From: a virus
IMG/VR virus record: IMGVR_UViG_3300045988_176358
DNA: 50,565 bases
Strand: one strand, 5' to 3'
A model generated the notes under the pieces. It made no database searches and was not told the DNA's origin. It saw nothing but the letters and a program-made list of their open reading frames with translations. Position numbers and translations under genes: made by a program. Below, piece by piece: positions 15,128 through 25,325 of the stretch. How positions within the stretch are numbered: the stretch's first letter is position 1; each line of letters starts with the position of its first letter.

Positions 15128-17410
15128 ATGCACAAAATTGTTCTCGATGGGCAAACACTCCGTTGGTACGGTGCTGAGCCTATCATTGTAAGTGACTCAA
15201 TCAATCAAGTCAGATTTGAGTTCATTCGTCTTAATGGCTGGGAGAATGTAGTGCTTACAGCACAGTTTACTCAATCTGGCACAACCTATTCTGTCGCTAC
15301 TCAAAATGATACTGTAGCACTTCCTGCTGAAATCACTGCTGGTGCTTTGGAAATCTCTGTTTTTGGGTCTGAATCAAGTCAGATAAGCCGTTTCACGGTT
15401 GAGCCACTTTCGCTTATTATACGAGCATCTGGATTCGTACCAGATGGAGTCTCACCAATCCCTCCTACACCGGATTTGTATGCACAATGGGTTGAAACAG
15501 TTGAAGAAGAGCGAAAAAAGGCTGAGACCGCCGCTTTGCACGCTACTGAGGCATCTAGTGAGGCTGAAAAAGCTAAACAAGCTGCAGAAGCCGCCGCTCA
15601 AGGTGTGATGAATATCTCAGTGAGTCCTCCTCGCCCCGGTGCTCAGGGAACGTGGGAAGTCTTTGATGTTTCTTCTGGGGTATACACAGATACAGGCATT
15701 CCGCTGACTGGGCCTCAAGGGCCTGAGGGCAAACAAGGACAGCCAGGTGCGGATGGTAAAGACGGCGCTCCTGGTCCCAAAGGTGACCCTGGTGCTCCTG
15801 GTGAGCCTGGTGTTCAAGGTCCGCAAGGCGTTCCTGGTAAAGATGGAGCACCCGGTGAGGGCATTCCTGCTGGTGGTACTGAGGGGCAAGTACTCGCAAA
15901 GACAGCACAGGGTACTGCATGGAAAGACCTCCCGCAAGGTGGTGTACAATCTGATTGGAATCAAAATGATTCTGCAGAGCTAGATTTCATTAAAAACAGG
16001 CCATTTTATACAGAAACAAATGAAACGGTATTTCTTCCAAGTGGGCAATACACAATTGTTACTGCACAAACAAGAGCAAATGTAGCAGCTGTTGAAGCAA
16101 TTATTGCAAATTTTACAAGTGCTCCTACAGATGGACAACAGTGCCGAATCACTTTCGATAGCAACACATACACTGAAACTGCAATAGACTCAAGAGGAGA
16201 AATCACACTTGGGTACAGCAATTATGATGGAACCAAGCCGTATTTTGTTTTCTATGAAGAGGCAGATGGAAGCAGTGTTATCCTCTGTGGAGTACCTGAA
16301 AGTGATGTAGGTGTTCATACAATAGAAATTGTAGGAATGCAGCAGACAATACATAAAATCCCAGAGCAATACTTGCCAAAAGCTCAAACTATTCAGAGTG
16401 ATTTCGCTGAAATATACACAGAGTCACCAAGCTTCATTTCTAGAAGACCTTTTTACAAAACAGCATATCCTGAAGCAACTCCTGTGTTTAGTGATGACAT
16501 GGTGAAAACAACGTGTTTTTCAGGTGATGTTGAATTTATGGATATGAGCAATCCAGACTATCCGGTGCAAGTTGCTTTCTATCCATTGATTCCTGGGCAA
16601 ACCTATAAAGTCACTGTCACAGGCATAGATGACCCTACTATTCAAAAGACCTATAATCTTGTAGACAATGAAGCCACTGGCTATAAGAGAGTACAACTGA
16701 TTGATAGTTCCCAAGAAATTGGAATTCTGCAATCTTATGAACAGTTTGAGGGATTGACTTTATCTATTGGAACAATGGCTTTGTCTTATGGAAAGTATCA
16801 CGTAGAAATCTATGGATACACATATGTTACAAAGTTTTTATCCCCTGACTATTTGCCAAAATCTGCTCAGCCTGATTGGAACGAAACAGACCAGCTTACA
16901 TTTAGCCATATCAAAAATAGACCATTCTATCACTATGAATCAAACTTTGAAAAATTCATTGATAACATTGTAAAACTTTCTAGCGTTGGAAGTACTGCAA
17001 AGCTCACATCAATTTTGTTTGATGGTCGTTCTCCTGCTCCTATAATTGGAGAATTGTATCAAGTCTCTGTGAAACCATTAAACAGCTCATTGAGCTTTTA
17101 TAATCTCAGATTTGTAAATGATAGTGAGGGCAATCCTTATTGTGAAGTTACTGACTCTACTGCAAACTCCGGTGATTCTAATCGTTGGAAAATTACATAT
17201 AAACGGTATGAAGAATCCTACTACATTGAGTACACAGGTGGACCGGGTGCTTCTCAAATGATGGTAAGTATTTCAGGAGCAATAAATTACAATTTCAAGA
17301 TTGACCCAAGCTATCTTTTCCCGCCTGTTTTAAGTTCTCCTGATGGTAGTCAATTCAGGCTCACTGTTGCAAATGACGGAACACTCTCTGCTGTTGCAAT
17401 AGGCAAATAG
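15128..17410 (+). CDS. Collagen-like-repeat fiber protein (tail- or head-fiber-like) located between terS and terL.
   Basis: About 760 aa. An uninterrupted run of 16 G-X-Y triplets, GPQGPEGKQGQPGADGKDGAPGPKGDPGAPGEPGVQGPQGVPGKDGAPGEG, spans 15710..15859. An Ala/Glu coiled coil precedes it. Three DWN..D....IKNRPFY-type repeats are present. RBS GAGGGG precedes ATG 15128. Confidence 0.8.
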   Translation: MHKIVLDGQTLRWYGAEPIIVSDSINQVRFEFIRLNGWENVVLTAQFTQSGTTYSVATQNDTVALPAEITAGALEISVFGSESSQISRFTVEPLSLIIRASGFVPDGVSPIPPTPDLYAQWVETVEEERKKAETAALHATEASSEAEKAKQAAEAAAQGVMNISVSPPRPGAQGTWEVFDVSSGVYTDTGIPLTGPQGPEGKQGQPGADGKDGAPGPKGDPGAPGEPGVQGPQGVPGKDGAPGEGIPAGGTEGQVLAKTAQGTAWKDLPQGGVQSDWNQNDSAELDFIKNRPFYTETNETVFLPSGQYTIVTAQTRANVAAVEAIIANFTSAPTDGQQCRITFDSNTYTETAIDSRGEITLGYSNYDGTKPYFVFYEEADGSSVILCGVPESDVGVHTIEIVGMQQTIHKIPEQYLPKAQTIQSDFAEIYTESPSFISRRPFYKTAYPEATPVFSDDMVKTTCFSGDVEFMDMSNPDYPVQVAFYPLIPGQTYKVTVTGIDDPTIQKTYNLVDNEATGYKRVQLIDSSQEIGILQSYEQFEGLTLSIGTMALSYGKYHVEIYGYTYVTKFLSPDYLPKSAQPDWNETDQLTFSHIKNRPFYHYESNFEKFIDNIVKLSSVGSTAKLTSILFDGRSPAPIIGELYQVSVKPLNSSLSFYNLRFVNDSEGNPYCEVTDSTANSGDSNRWKITYKRYEESYYIEYTGGPGASQMMVSISGAINYNFKIDPSYLFPPVLSSPDGSQFRLTVANDGTLSAVAIGK

Positions 17411-17438
17411 TCTTACAAACTGACAAGGAGGTGAATGT

Positions 17439-18818
17439 ATGGTAATTAACAAGGAAGTGAATCCCCGCTTTGAGGATTTTGTCTTTGACTGGGATTATCG
17501 TACATACTTCCTCGTCGGTGGCTATGGGTCATCTAAGAGCTATCATATTGCTCTAAAGCTCATTCTAAAATGCTTTGCCGAAGTTCGTAAAGTCCTTGTT
17601 GTTCGTGAGGTATATGACACCATTCGTGAATCTTGCTTTGACCTATTTCTTGAGATTCTTACAGAACTTGATTTGCTTGCTGAAAAGCCAAATGAGCGCA
17701 AGCACAAAGTTGTCTATAAGACAAGCCCTATGTCGCTCACTTTTCCAAATGGTAGCAAAGTCATATTCAAGGGTATGGACAAACCAGCAAAGCTGAAATC
17801 AATCAACAACGTTTCAATCATATGGATGGAAGAATGCAGTGAGCTTAAATATGAGGGCTTTAAGGAGTTGCTGGGTCGTGCACGTCATCCGTCGTTAAGC
17901 ATTCATTTTATTCTCTCAACAAACCCTGTTGGTGTTGAAAACTGGACATATACACACTTTTTCAAGCGTGTTGATACTGAGGGCAATGAAGTTGTTGTTC
18001 TTGATGACCAAAAGCTCTATGCCAAGCATACAATCGTGAAAAATGGTGTCTACTACCATCACAGCACTGTTGATGACAACCTCTTCATGCCAAAGAGCTA
18101 CATAAGAACACTTGACGATATGAGAACATATGACCCTGACCTGTACAGAATTGCTCGTCTGGGTAGATTTGGTCTCAACGGCATACGGGTATTGCCACAA
18201 TTCCAGGTCGCAGAGAGTCACGAATTCGTTATGGCTGCTGTACAAGGAATTCCAGCACGTCATCGGTTCAATGGGTTTGACCTAGGATTTGAAACTTCCT
18301 ACAATGCGGTTGTTCGTATGGCTGTAGACGATAGCAAAAAATATTTGTACATCTATGGTGAATATTATAAAAACCATATGACCGACCCTGAGACTGCAAA
18401 AGACCTTGAAAAACTCGGTTACAAACCTGAATGGTCAGTTACTTCAAATGGTAAAATGGTACTCACAAAAGAGGGTGTTCCATTGATTGCTGATTGTGCT
18501 GAGCCAAAAGCGATTCAATACTTCCGCAATGAGGGGTTTCAAATTCGGCCTTGTAAGAAATTTGCAGGCAGTCGCCTTGAGAACACAAGAAAAGTCAAAC
18601 GTTTCCGAAAAATTATTTGCTCACCAGAGTGCAGAAATGTAATCAGAGAACTCAGCACGCTGACATACGCAAAAGACTCAAATGGAAATCTCATCTATGA
18701 TGAGTTTAATATAGACCCGCATACATTTTCCGCTATCTGGTATGGCCTTGATAGTTACAACGTTGCGAATATCAAAGAAATCAAACGCGCAACAAGAAAG
18801 GGAGGCAATGCAGCATGA
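17439..18818 (+). CDS. terL: Terminase large subunit (PBSX/Terminase_3 type).
   Basis: Walker [10 protein letters not shown] and Walker B IIWMEE. 459 aa. RBS AAGGAGG. Confidence 0.9.
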   Translation: MVINKEVNPRFEDFVFDWDYRTYFLVGGYGSSKSYHIALKLILKCFAEVRKVLVVREVYDTIRESCFDLFLEILTELDLLAEKPNERKHKVVYKTSPMSLTFPNGSKVIFKGMDKPAKLKSINNVSIIWMEECSELKYEGFKELLGRARHPSLSIHFILSTNPVGVENWTYTHFFKRVDTEGNEVVVLDDQKLYAKHTIVKNGVYYHHSTVDDNLFMPKSYIRTLDDMRTYDPDLYRIARLGRFGLNGIRVLPQFQVAESHEFVMAAVQGIPARHRFNGFDLGFETSYNAVVRMAVDDSKKYLYIYGEYYKNHMTDPETAKDLEKLGYKPEWSVTSNGKMVLTKEGVPLIADCAEPKAIQYFRNEGFQIRPCKKFAGSRLENTRKVKRFRKIICSPECRNVIRELSTLTYAKDSNGNLIYDEFNIDPHTFSAIWYGLDSYNVANIKEIKRATRKGGNAA

Positions 18819-20431
18819 GTGTGCTGAGCACAATTCGAGTTGGCATCGATTCTACAGTACAAAAAATCCGTTCCCTCACAGACATTCCATATTTCATCTA
18901 CAACAATGAGCTTTCTGGGTTGTATGGGTCAGCAGTACTGAGGGAACTCGGAGAACTCATAAAATATTATAATATCTATGAGAGCGGCGCGGATTTTACC
19001 ACAGAGGGTAGTAGCGGAGACTACATTCCCAGCCAAATGCGGTACAAACAAATTCGTACACTCATTGACAAAGAGGCTCGATTCATGTTTGCAAAGCCTC
19101 CTGACTTCTGGGTTGATGTAAGCATCAAATCCACAATGTCTGAGCAGCAGAAGACAGAACTCAAACAAGCACAAGGAGCTCTCCAATCTTTTGTTGATGC
19201 AGTCATTAAGAAAAACAATTTCAACGCAAAACTGCTTCCTGCTGCAAAAGACTGTTTCATTGCCAAGCGTGTTGCACTTATCGTCAATTTTAACGAAGAT
19301 GGCATCAAGCTCTCATTTGCTCCGGCACTTGAGTTTGTGTTTGAGACAAGTACAAACGATGTTGATGTTTTGACCAAACTTGTAACATTCTACAACACAG
19401 TCGAAAGTGCTGACAGAGCACAACAGCGCACTTACAAAAAGAAATACTACATGGCCGAGGACGGAAAGTGTCATATCATCGAGGAGCTGTATGATGGCCT
19501 CGGAAATGTCGTGGAGACGATATCTCCGGATTTCCAAACAGAATTCTCCTATATCCCGGCTTTCATTATCTTGAACGACGGTCTAACTGGAGATATCCAG
19601 GGCGTCTCTGAAGTGAACCAGCTCGATGAATACGAGAGTTCCTACTCCCGCCTCGCGAACGCTGACCAGGATGCTGAACGAAAGGGCATGAATCCGGTCC
19701 GATACGCTATTGATATGAATCCTCGTACAACGAATGGTCTTTCCACAGCGGCTGGTGCTTTCTGGGATTTGGCTTCTGATGACCAAGCACCCGACAGTCG
19801 TCAGGGTACAGTTGGAGTATTGACAGCCCCGATGGAATACAGCGGCGCATTGACCACGACTCTTGACAGAATCAAGAATACAATGTACGAGCAGATTGAT
19901 ATGCCAAATGTCAGTCCTGAAGCTCTCAAGGGCGTTGTATCTAGTGGAAAAACACTCAAAGCCATCTATTGGGGGCTGAGCGTGCGCTGTGACGAAAAGA
20001 TGCTTACATGGCGCCCAGCCCTTGAAAATATGGTAAAGACCATCATCGATGGCGCGAAACTTTATCCTGAAATTGCAAAGTTATACACAAACGGTGAGGA
20101 TATCCCTGACATAGAGTACACTATCCGGGTTGATAATCAATATCCGCTGCCAGAAGATGAGCAAGAAGAAAAAACCATCGATTTGGCTGAAGTACAGGCA
20201 CAAACCATGAGCAAAAAGGCATACATGGTTAAATGGCGTGGTCTTACAGACGATGAGGCCATTGAAGAGCTAAAACAGATTGCACTGGAGCGGGAACTCC
20301 TTGAAGATAGTTACACGTCACCCCAACCTGCAACTCAACCGGGAGTTTCCGGAAATTTTGGCAGCACTGAGGATGATGAAGCTACAAAGGGAGTCAATCC
20401 AGATGACGACCCAACGCCTGTGGGGATTTAA
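18815..20431 (+). CDS. Portal protein (SPP1 gp6-like).
   Basis: 538 aa directly after terL (ATGA overlap), with an acidic C-terminus. Size and position are typical. Confidence 0.8.
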   Translation: MSVLSTIRVGIDSTVQKIRSLTDIPYFIYNNELSGLYGSAVLRELGELIKYYNIYESGADFTTEGSSGDYIPSQMRYKQIRTLIDKEARFMFAKPPDFWVDVSIKSTMSEQQKTELKQAQGALQSFVDAVIKKNNFNAKLLPAAKDCFIAKRVALIVNFNEDGIKLSFAPALEFVFETSTNDVDVLTKLVTFYNTVESADRAQQRTYKKKYYMAEDGKCHIIEELYDGLGNVVETISPDFQTEFSYIPAFIILNDGLTGDIQGVSEVNQLDEYESSYSRLANADQDAERKGMNPVRYAIDMNPRTTNGLSTAAGAFWDLASDDQAPDSRQGTVGVLTAPMEYSGALTTTLDRIKNTMYEQIDMPNVSPEALKGVVSSGKTLKAIYWGLSVRCDEKMLTWRPALENMVKTIIDGAKLYPEIAKLYTNGEDIPDIEYTIRVDNQYPLPEDEQEEKTIDLAEVQAQTMSKKAYMVKWRGLTDDEAIEELKQIALERELLEDSYTSPQPATQPGVSGNFGSTEDDEATKGVNPDDDPTPVGI

Positions 20432-20459
20432 TAGCAGGAAAAGGAGGTGACCACCAGTC

Positions 20460-21431
20460 ATGGCGAGTATTGATTTTGAGAGTGGCAATGTTGAGAAAGG
20501 TATGACTGGTGGCACTGGCCTCCTTGATTTAAAGAATGCCGAAGAGATTCGTTTGAACACAACAATTGAGCAGCAGAAAAACATTCAGCGCTTATACAAG
20601 AAGTTAGCAAAAGAAGCTCGAAGACAGGCAAATGCACTGAAAGGCAAATCTAATGTCAGTGACGCATTGCGAAAGAGTTATTTAAACAATCTTTCAAAGC
20701 AACTTACACAAGCAAGCGATTCAATTGGTAAAGAGATTGAAGCCAGCATCAGGGGTGCAATAGAAACAACAGCACAGGGTGTTGTCACTGACCAAAGAGC
20801 TTTTCTAAAAAAGATTGGGATGCCAAATATATCATCTGCTTTTTCACATGTTCCAAGAGATATTGTTGAAGCTGTTGCAAATGGAGGTATCTACAAAGGT
20901 GATTGGTCACTTTCTAAAGCAATTTGGGGGATGTCCAAAAAGACTTCCGATGACATCAACACCATAATTGCTGAGGGTATTGCTCAAAACAAGAGTACCT
21001 ATGATATTGCAAAAGACCTAGAAAAGTATGTAAGCCCGACAGCAAAAAAGCCCTTTGATTGGGGAAAAGTTTATCCGGGTACAGCTAAACAGATTGACTA
21101 CAATGCCCAAAGACTTTCTAGAACTTTGGTTTCTCATGCATATCAGCAATCTCTTGTAAATACTTGTAGCAAAAACCCATTCGTCACAGGATTCAAGTGG
21201 CGCTCTGCACATACACACAGGACTTGTGAAATTTGTAATGAGCGCGACGGAACTGTGTATCCAAAAGACGATTTGCCTCTTGACCATCCAAATGGGATGT
21301 GCACTTTTATCGCTGTAATTCCAAAGAGTTCAGATGATATCGTTGACCGCCTTGCTTCTTGGGTCAACGGGGCTTCAGATTCCGCATTAGATAGATATGC
21401 GGTAGATATATTTCAAAGACACATGAAATAA
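20460..21431 (+). CDS. Minor head / head-morphogenesis protein (SPP1 gp7 / Mu F-like).
   Basis: The C-terminal RTCEICNERDGTVYPKDDLPLDHPNGMCTF matches the Phage_Mu_F signature. Confidence 0.8.
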   Translation: MASIDFESGNVEKGMTGGTGLLDLKNAEEIRLNTTIEQQKNIQRLYKKLAKEARRQANALKGKSNVSDALRKSYLNNLSKQLTQASDSIGKEIEASIRGAIETTAQGVVTDQRAFLKKIGMPNISSAFSHVPRDIVEAVANGGIYKGDWSLSKAIWGMSKKTSDDINTIIAEGIAQNKSTYDIAKDLEKYVSPTAKKPFDWGKVYPGTAKQIDYNAQRLSRTLVSHAYQQSLVNTCSKNPFVTGFKWRSAHTHRTCEICNERDGTVYPKDDLPLDHPNGMCTFIAVIPKSSDDIVDRLASWVNGASDSALDRYAVDIFQRHMK

Positions 21432-21434
21432 CTC

Positions 21435-21463
21435 TTTACTTTTGTGTGTAATCGTAGTATAAT
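21435..21463 (+). promoter_or_regulatory. Internal promoter inside the head module.
   Basis: cTCTTTACT (21435..21440), 17 nt, TATAAT (21458..21463). Confidence 0.55.
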
Positions 21464-21492
21464 AAAATAGAGCATATCTTTGGAGGTCTGTA

Positions 21493-21675
21493 ATGAATAG
21501 ATGTGGTCACCAGGACTGTTTTACATGCCCATTTCCCGATTGCAAGGAAAACACGTCCAGAGGGATACACAGTATTCCCCAAGGAAAAGAATCTGAGGGT
21601 GTACGGAAAAAGAAAGAGCCTAAACAGGCTCGAGGCGTGATTCATACCCGCCAAGGGTTTAAAAGGATGGGATAA
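21493..21675 (+). CDS. Small Cys-rich basic protein.
   Basis: 60 aa with RBS GGAGG 6 nt upstream. CGHQDCFTCPFPDC, then a Lys/Arg-rich tail. Confidence 0.6.
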   Translation: MNRCGHQDCFTCPFPDCKENTSRGIHSIPQGKESEGVRKKKEPKQARGVIHTRQGFKRMG

Positions 21676-21676
21676 T

Positions 21677-22099
21677 ATGAATGAAATACTTGCAACGTGT
21701 CGAAACTGTGGAAAAACAAGCCCTTGTCTTGAGAAAGACATGGAAGAAAACCTTGTTACAATGCCTGATTTCAATCGTATTGTGCTGACACAATGGATTT
21801 GTCCCAAATGCTTGTATGTCCATACAGTTCAGCTTGACGATGATTCCACGAAAAAACTTTTTGAGCAATTCAAGCTGAGAATGTCTCGTTTTCGTCGTAA
21901 CACATCTATGGGCAAGGGCATCTCTTTGAGTGATGTGAATGCTATGGATGCGCTCCAAAAGAGTCTTGATGATGCACGTTCCGCGCTCAATGCGCGTTAT
22001 GTTGGTTCGGTTTACCAGTTGGGCGAACAGAAATTCAAACTGGAATTATGCCCACCGGATGCAAGAATTTCCGGAGAAAAGGAGAGCCAAAAATGCTGA
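21677..22099 (+). CDS. Zinc-ribbon protein.
   Basis: 140 aa with CRNC...CPKC. Confidence 0.6.
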   Translation: MNEILATCRNCGKTSPCLEKDMEENLVTMPDFNRIVLTQWICPKCLYVHTVQLDDDSTKKLFEQFKLRMSRFRRNTSMGKGISLSDVNAMDALQKSLDDARSALNARYVGSVYQLGEQKFKLELCPPDARISGEKESQKC

Positions 22100-22809
22100 A
22101 ATCCAAATTTCTGAGAGCACTTACAAAAGGTCTGCTGTTTCCAATGTGTTTCATGCTGGGTGTACCTGATGGGGGCACTGGTGGAGAGGGCAATCCTGCT
22201 GAAAGCGCAAACAACAATGACGGTCAAGGCTCAGGGGATGGGAATCCCGCTGCGGGTGAGGGTACAAAAACCTTTACACAGGAAGACCTGAATCGCATTG
22301 GTGCACGCGAAAAGGCAGAGGGTCGCCGCGCTCTCTTGAAAGAGCTTGGTATCGAGGACACGGAAGATGCACGTCAGGCAGTCCAAAACTTCCTGAAGCA
22401 GCAAGAATCACAAAAATCGGAAGCACAAAAAGCTGCAGAGCGTGCGGCGAAAGCTGAAAAGGAAAAGGCAGATGCGGAAGCCAAGGCCTCTGAATCGCAG
22501 CAAAAGCTCGAAGCTCTGATGGCCAAAGCAAATCCCGATACACTTGATGACCTGATTGTCTTGACTCGCGCAAAAGTCAATGACAAGACGGATTTCAAGG
22601 CCGCTCTTGGGATTGTGAAAGCTACCTACCCAGCTTTCTTTGCTGATGCACAAGCCAATGAGGGTACTCAGAAAAAGACCATAGGCACAGGAGGCTCTAC
22701 AAACCCACCGAAAGGCGCAGCAAGTAAAATGAGCATGGGTGAACGCCTTGCGAAAAACAAGCTCGAAGCTGCTCCTAAGGAAAATCCGTTCTTCAACAAA
22801 AATTTTTAA
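22093..22809 (+). CDS. Capsid scaffolding protein (DUF4355-like).
   Basis: ATG 22093 has RBS AAGGAGAG. FTQEDLNRIGAREKAEGRRALLKELGI plus an Ala/Lys/Glu coiled coil. It sits upstream of the capsid genes. Confidence 0.7.
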   Translation: MLKSKFLRALTKGLLFPMCFMLGVPDGGTGGEGNPAESANNNDGQGSGDGNPAAGEGTKTFTQEDLNRIGAREKAEGRRALLKELGIEDTEDARQAVQNFLKQQESQKSEAQKAAERAAKAEKEKADAEAKASESQQKLEALMAKANPDTLDDLIVLTRAKVNDKTDFKAALGIVKATYPAFFADAQANEGTQKKTIGTGGSTNPPKGAASKMSMGERLAKNKLEAAPKENPFFNKNF

Positions 22810-22821
22810 GGAGGAAACACA

Positions 22822-23217
22822 ATGTTGAATCAATCTGGCGTCACGACTGTGAACGCAACGACTCCCAAAAGCATCCTTTGGGCTCCGGAAACTGCTGTTG
22901 CAGTACCCTGTGTTGTTGACAATACGGGTGTATCTGCTGGCAGTGATGGCAAGAAGATGCTGATGGCAGGTACTCCGTTGTCGGGTGACCTGACCGCTCG
23001 AAATACCGCTTTTAAGAAAGCTGCTACCTCTGGCGAGCCTGCTGCTTCCAACGCTGTCGGTCTGCTTCTGCACACGGTTGATGTAACCAATGGCAAACAG
23101 AATGCTACAGTCCTGGTTTCTGGTCTGGTAGACCTTAACAAGTTGGACAGTGCGACGGCGGCACTCATTACAGCAGAAGTCAAAGCCGCTCTGCCCCGCA
23201 TCACGTTTGTGAAATAA
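22822..23217 (+). CDS. Head decoration protein (lambda gpD-like position).
   Basis: 131 aa between the scaffold and an E-family major capsid gene. RBS AAGGAGG. Confidence 0.55.
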   Translation: MLNQSGVTTVNATTPKSILWAPETAVAVPCVVDNTGVSAGSDGKKMLMAGTPLSGDLTARNTAFKKAATSGEPAASNAVGLLLHTVDVTNGKQNATVLVSGLVDLNKLDSATAALITAEVKAALPRITFVK

Positions 23218-23238
23218 TTACAAGAGGAGGAAACAGAT

Positions 23239-24285
23239 ATGTCGATTTTTGACCTTGTCAAAGCCAGTGAACTGGTTGCATACTGGACTACACTGGCCAA
23301 TCAGCGTGCCCCGTATTTGGGTGAATCCCTGTTCCCCAGCAAGAAAAAGCGCGGCCTGAATCTGAAATGGATTAAAGGCTCCAAGGGCTTGCCCGTTGTA
23401 CTAGCTCCTAGCTCTTACGACGCAAAAGCCAAAGTCCGCGACCGTATTGGGTTCAGCACGGTTTCGGCAAATATGCCGTTCTTCAAGGAAAGTACCTACA
23501 TTGACGAGGAGATGCGTCAAGAGCTAAACATGGTTCTTGAAACAAATAACCCGGCCTATGTTGAATCCGTCATGAATAACGTTTTCGATGACGAAGTTCG
23601 ACTGCTGGAGGGTGCTCGTGCTCAGCGTGAGCGCATGCGCATGCAGTTGCTGACAACTGGTACGATTGCTATCAGTGCGAACGGCCAGGAGTACAACTAT
23701 GACTATGGCGTGCCGTCCAATCACAAGGTTGATGCCTCTGCTGCCTGGACGACTACAACGACCGATATCATCGGTGATATTAAACAATGGCAAGACCTCA
23801 TCGAAGACGAGTATGGTGTACGGCCTACCCGCGCCATCTGCGACCGTGCTACGTTCAACTGCTTCCTGAAGAATGACGCCATTATCAAGAGCAATTTCGT
23901 GCTGTCCAACGGCCAAGCTGCTCTGACCGAAAACATGGTGCGCCGCTATCTGATGGAGACTCTGGGGCTGACGGTTGAAGTCAACACCAAGAAATACGTC
24001 AACGAGGCTGGGGCCACTTCCCCGTTCGTTCCTGCAAACACTTTTGTTCTGATTCCTGAGGGTGACCTCGGCAGCACATGGTTCGGCACCACTCCGGAGG
24101 AGTCTGACCTGATGGCTGGCCAGATTGGCAACAACATTGAAGTGGCAATCACTGATGTGGGTGTTGCAGTTGCTACTCACGGCACGTATGACCCCGTCAA
24201 TGTGCAGACCAAGGTGTCCATGATTTGCCTGCCCAGCTTTGAGGCTGCGGACCAAATCGTCATTGCCGACGTTTCTGGTTCCTGA
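23239..24285 (+). CDS. Major capsid protein (Phage_cap_E family).
   Basis: 348 aa. The N-terminus ...YLGESLFPSKKKRGLNLKWIKGSKGLPVVL is typical of capsid protein E. Confidence 0.85.
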   Translation: MSIFDLVKASELVAYWTTLANQRAPYLGESLFPSKKKRGLNLKWIKGSKGLPVVLAPSSYDAKAKVRDRIGFSTVSANMPFFKESTYIDEEMRQELNMVLETNNPAYVESVMNNVFDDEVRLLEGARAQRERMRMQLLTTGTIAISANGQEYNYDYGVPSNHKVDASAAWTTTTTDIIGDIKQWQDLIEDEYGVRPTRAICDRATFNCFLKNDAIIKSNFVLSNGQAALTENMVRRYLMETLGLTVEVNTKKYVNEAGATSPFVPANTFVLIPEGDLGSTWFGTTPEESDLMAGQIGNNIEVAITDVGVAVATHGTYDPVNVQTKVSMICLPSFEAADQIVIADVSGS

Positions 24286-24302
24286 GTAAAGGAGGAACTC
24301 GC

Positions 24303-24677
24303 ATGATTGTTATCAGAAAAGGCGAACTCACAAACAGGGTTTCGTGGGGCTGCTTTAAAGCAATCTTCGAGGGTCAGGGTTGGGAAATCTGCGAGGACGA
24401 GGGTTTTATGCCCAGAAAACGCGATAACGGTGCCTTGATGCACTTACCTGACCCCGACCAAGAAGAGGACACACAGGACGAATCTGACCAAGAAGATGAG
24501 GATGAATCCGAGGATGAGGAATCTGAGGAGGAAGACGACATCACAGAAAAGCCCTTGAGCGCCCTTGACCTTGGCGAACTGAAACAGTTGGCTGAGATGC
24601 GTGGTGTAAATATCGAGGGTCTCCGTAGCAAACGGGATATTCGTACTGCTATTCGGGAGGCTGAAGAGGAGGGCTGA
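24303..24677 (+). CDS. Acidic protein with a C-terminal Rho-N / HeH (SAP-like) motif.
   Basis: A poly-Asp/Glu tract followed by LSALDLGELKQLAEMRGVNIEGLRSKRDIRTAI. Confidence 0.6.
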   Translation: MIVIRKGELTNRVSWGCFKAIFEGQGWEICEDEGFMPRKRDNGALMHLPDPDQEEDTQDESDQEDEDESEDEESEEEDDITEKPLSALDLGELKQLAEMRGVNIEGLRSKRDIRTAIREAEEEG

Positions 24678-24679
24678 GC

Positions 24680-24937
24680 ATGACTGCCTTGGAAGAGTTG
24701 AAGGTGATTTGTCGTGAAGACGACATACCATTTTTCACCGATGCACAGCTCAGTTATTACCTCGAGAAAGCTGAGGGCGATATTGAGAATGCGGCATATG
24801 TGTGCCTCTGCATAAAGGCTGAGGACACAACCTTGAGTGTGAGTGGCCTTAACACTGCTGACACTAGCAAGTACTTCAGGCGACTTGCCTCAAGGTATCG
24901 CCCCAGCAACAGCGGTATCCTGAAAGGGGAATACTGA
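24680..24937 (+). CDS. Head-tail connector / adaptor candidate.
   Basis: 85 aa. Position in the module; RBS GAGGAGGG. Confidence 0.5.
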   Translation: MTALEELKVICREDDIPFFTDAQLSYYLEKAEGDIENAAYVCLCIKAEDTTLSVSGLNTADTSKYFRRLASRYRPSNSGILKGEY

Positions 24938-24938
24938 T

Positions 24939-25325
24939 ATGTCTCAAAAAGCATTTGAAATCAACAAACTCCGCAGACTACTAAGAACCAGTGGAAAACT
25001 TTATGAATTCAAACGAAAAGGCACCAATGCTTACAATGAGCCCACTGAAGAAGAAACCACTGTTGCAGTAATTCGTGGGGTCTATCATGAGACATATGCA
25101 CGTGTAACTGTTGTTCTCCAGGAGAGCTCAAAAATTCGCTCAATGCCACAGCCAACAATACTGTGCTTGTGGGATGACTATGTGGCCAGTAGATTGGCTG
25201 TTGGCGATGAGCTTACAATTGGGCCAAACAAATATACACTGCAAGGTGCAGTAAATGTGCAAAAGATGGATGTTGCTGCTGACATCACTCTTGAGCTGGT
25301 ACAAGACAATGGGACTAAATTTTGA
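24939..25325 (+). CDS. Head closure / head-tail joining candidate.
   Basis: 128 aa. Assigned by position only. Confidence 0.5.
   Translation: MSQKAFEINKLRRLLRTSGKLYEFKRKGTNAYNEPTEEETTVAVIRGVYHETYARVTVVLQESSKIRSMPQPTILCLWDDYVASRLAVGDELTIGPNKYTLQGAVNVQKMDVAADITLELVQDNGTKF

Noticed and set aside
22408-24255. Antisense ORFs 22408..23073, 22830..23300 and 23524..24255 (156-243 aa).
   Set aside because: They are shadow frames opposite the scaffold, decoration and major capsid genes. They have no RBSs and overlap well-supported structural genes.
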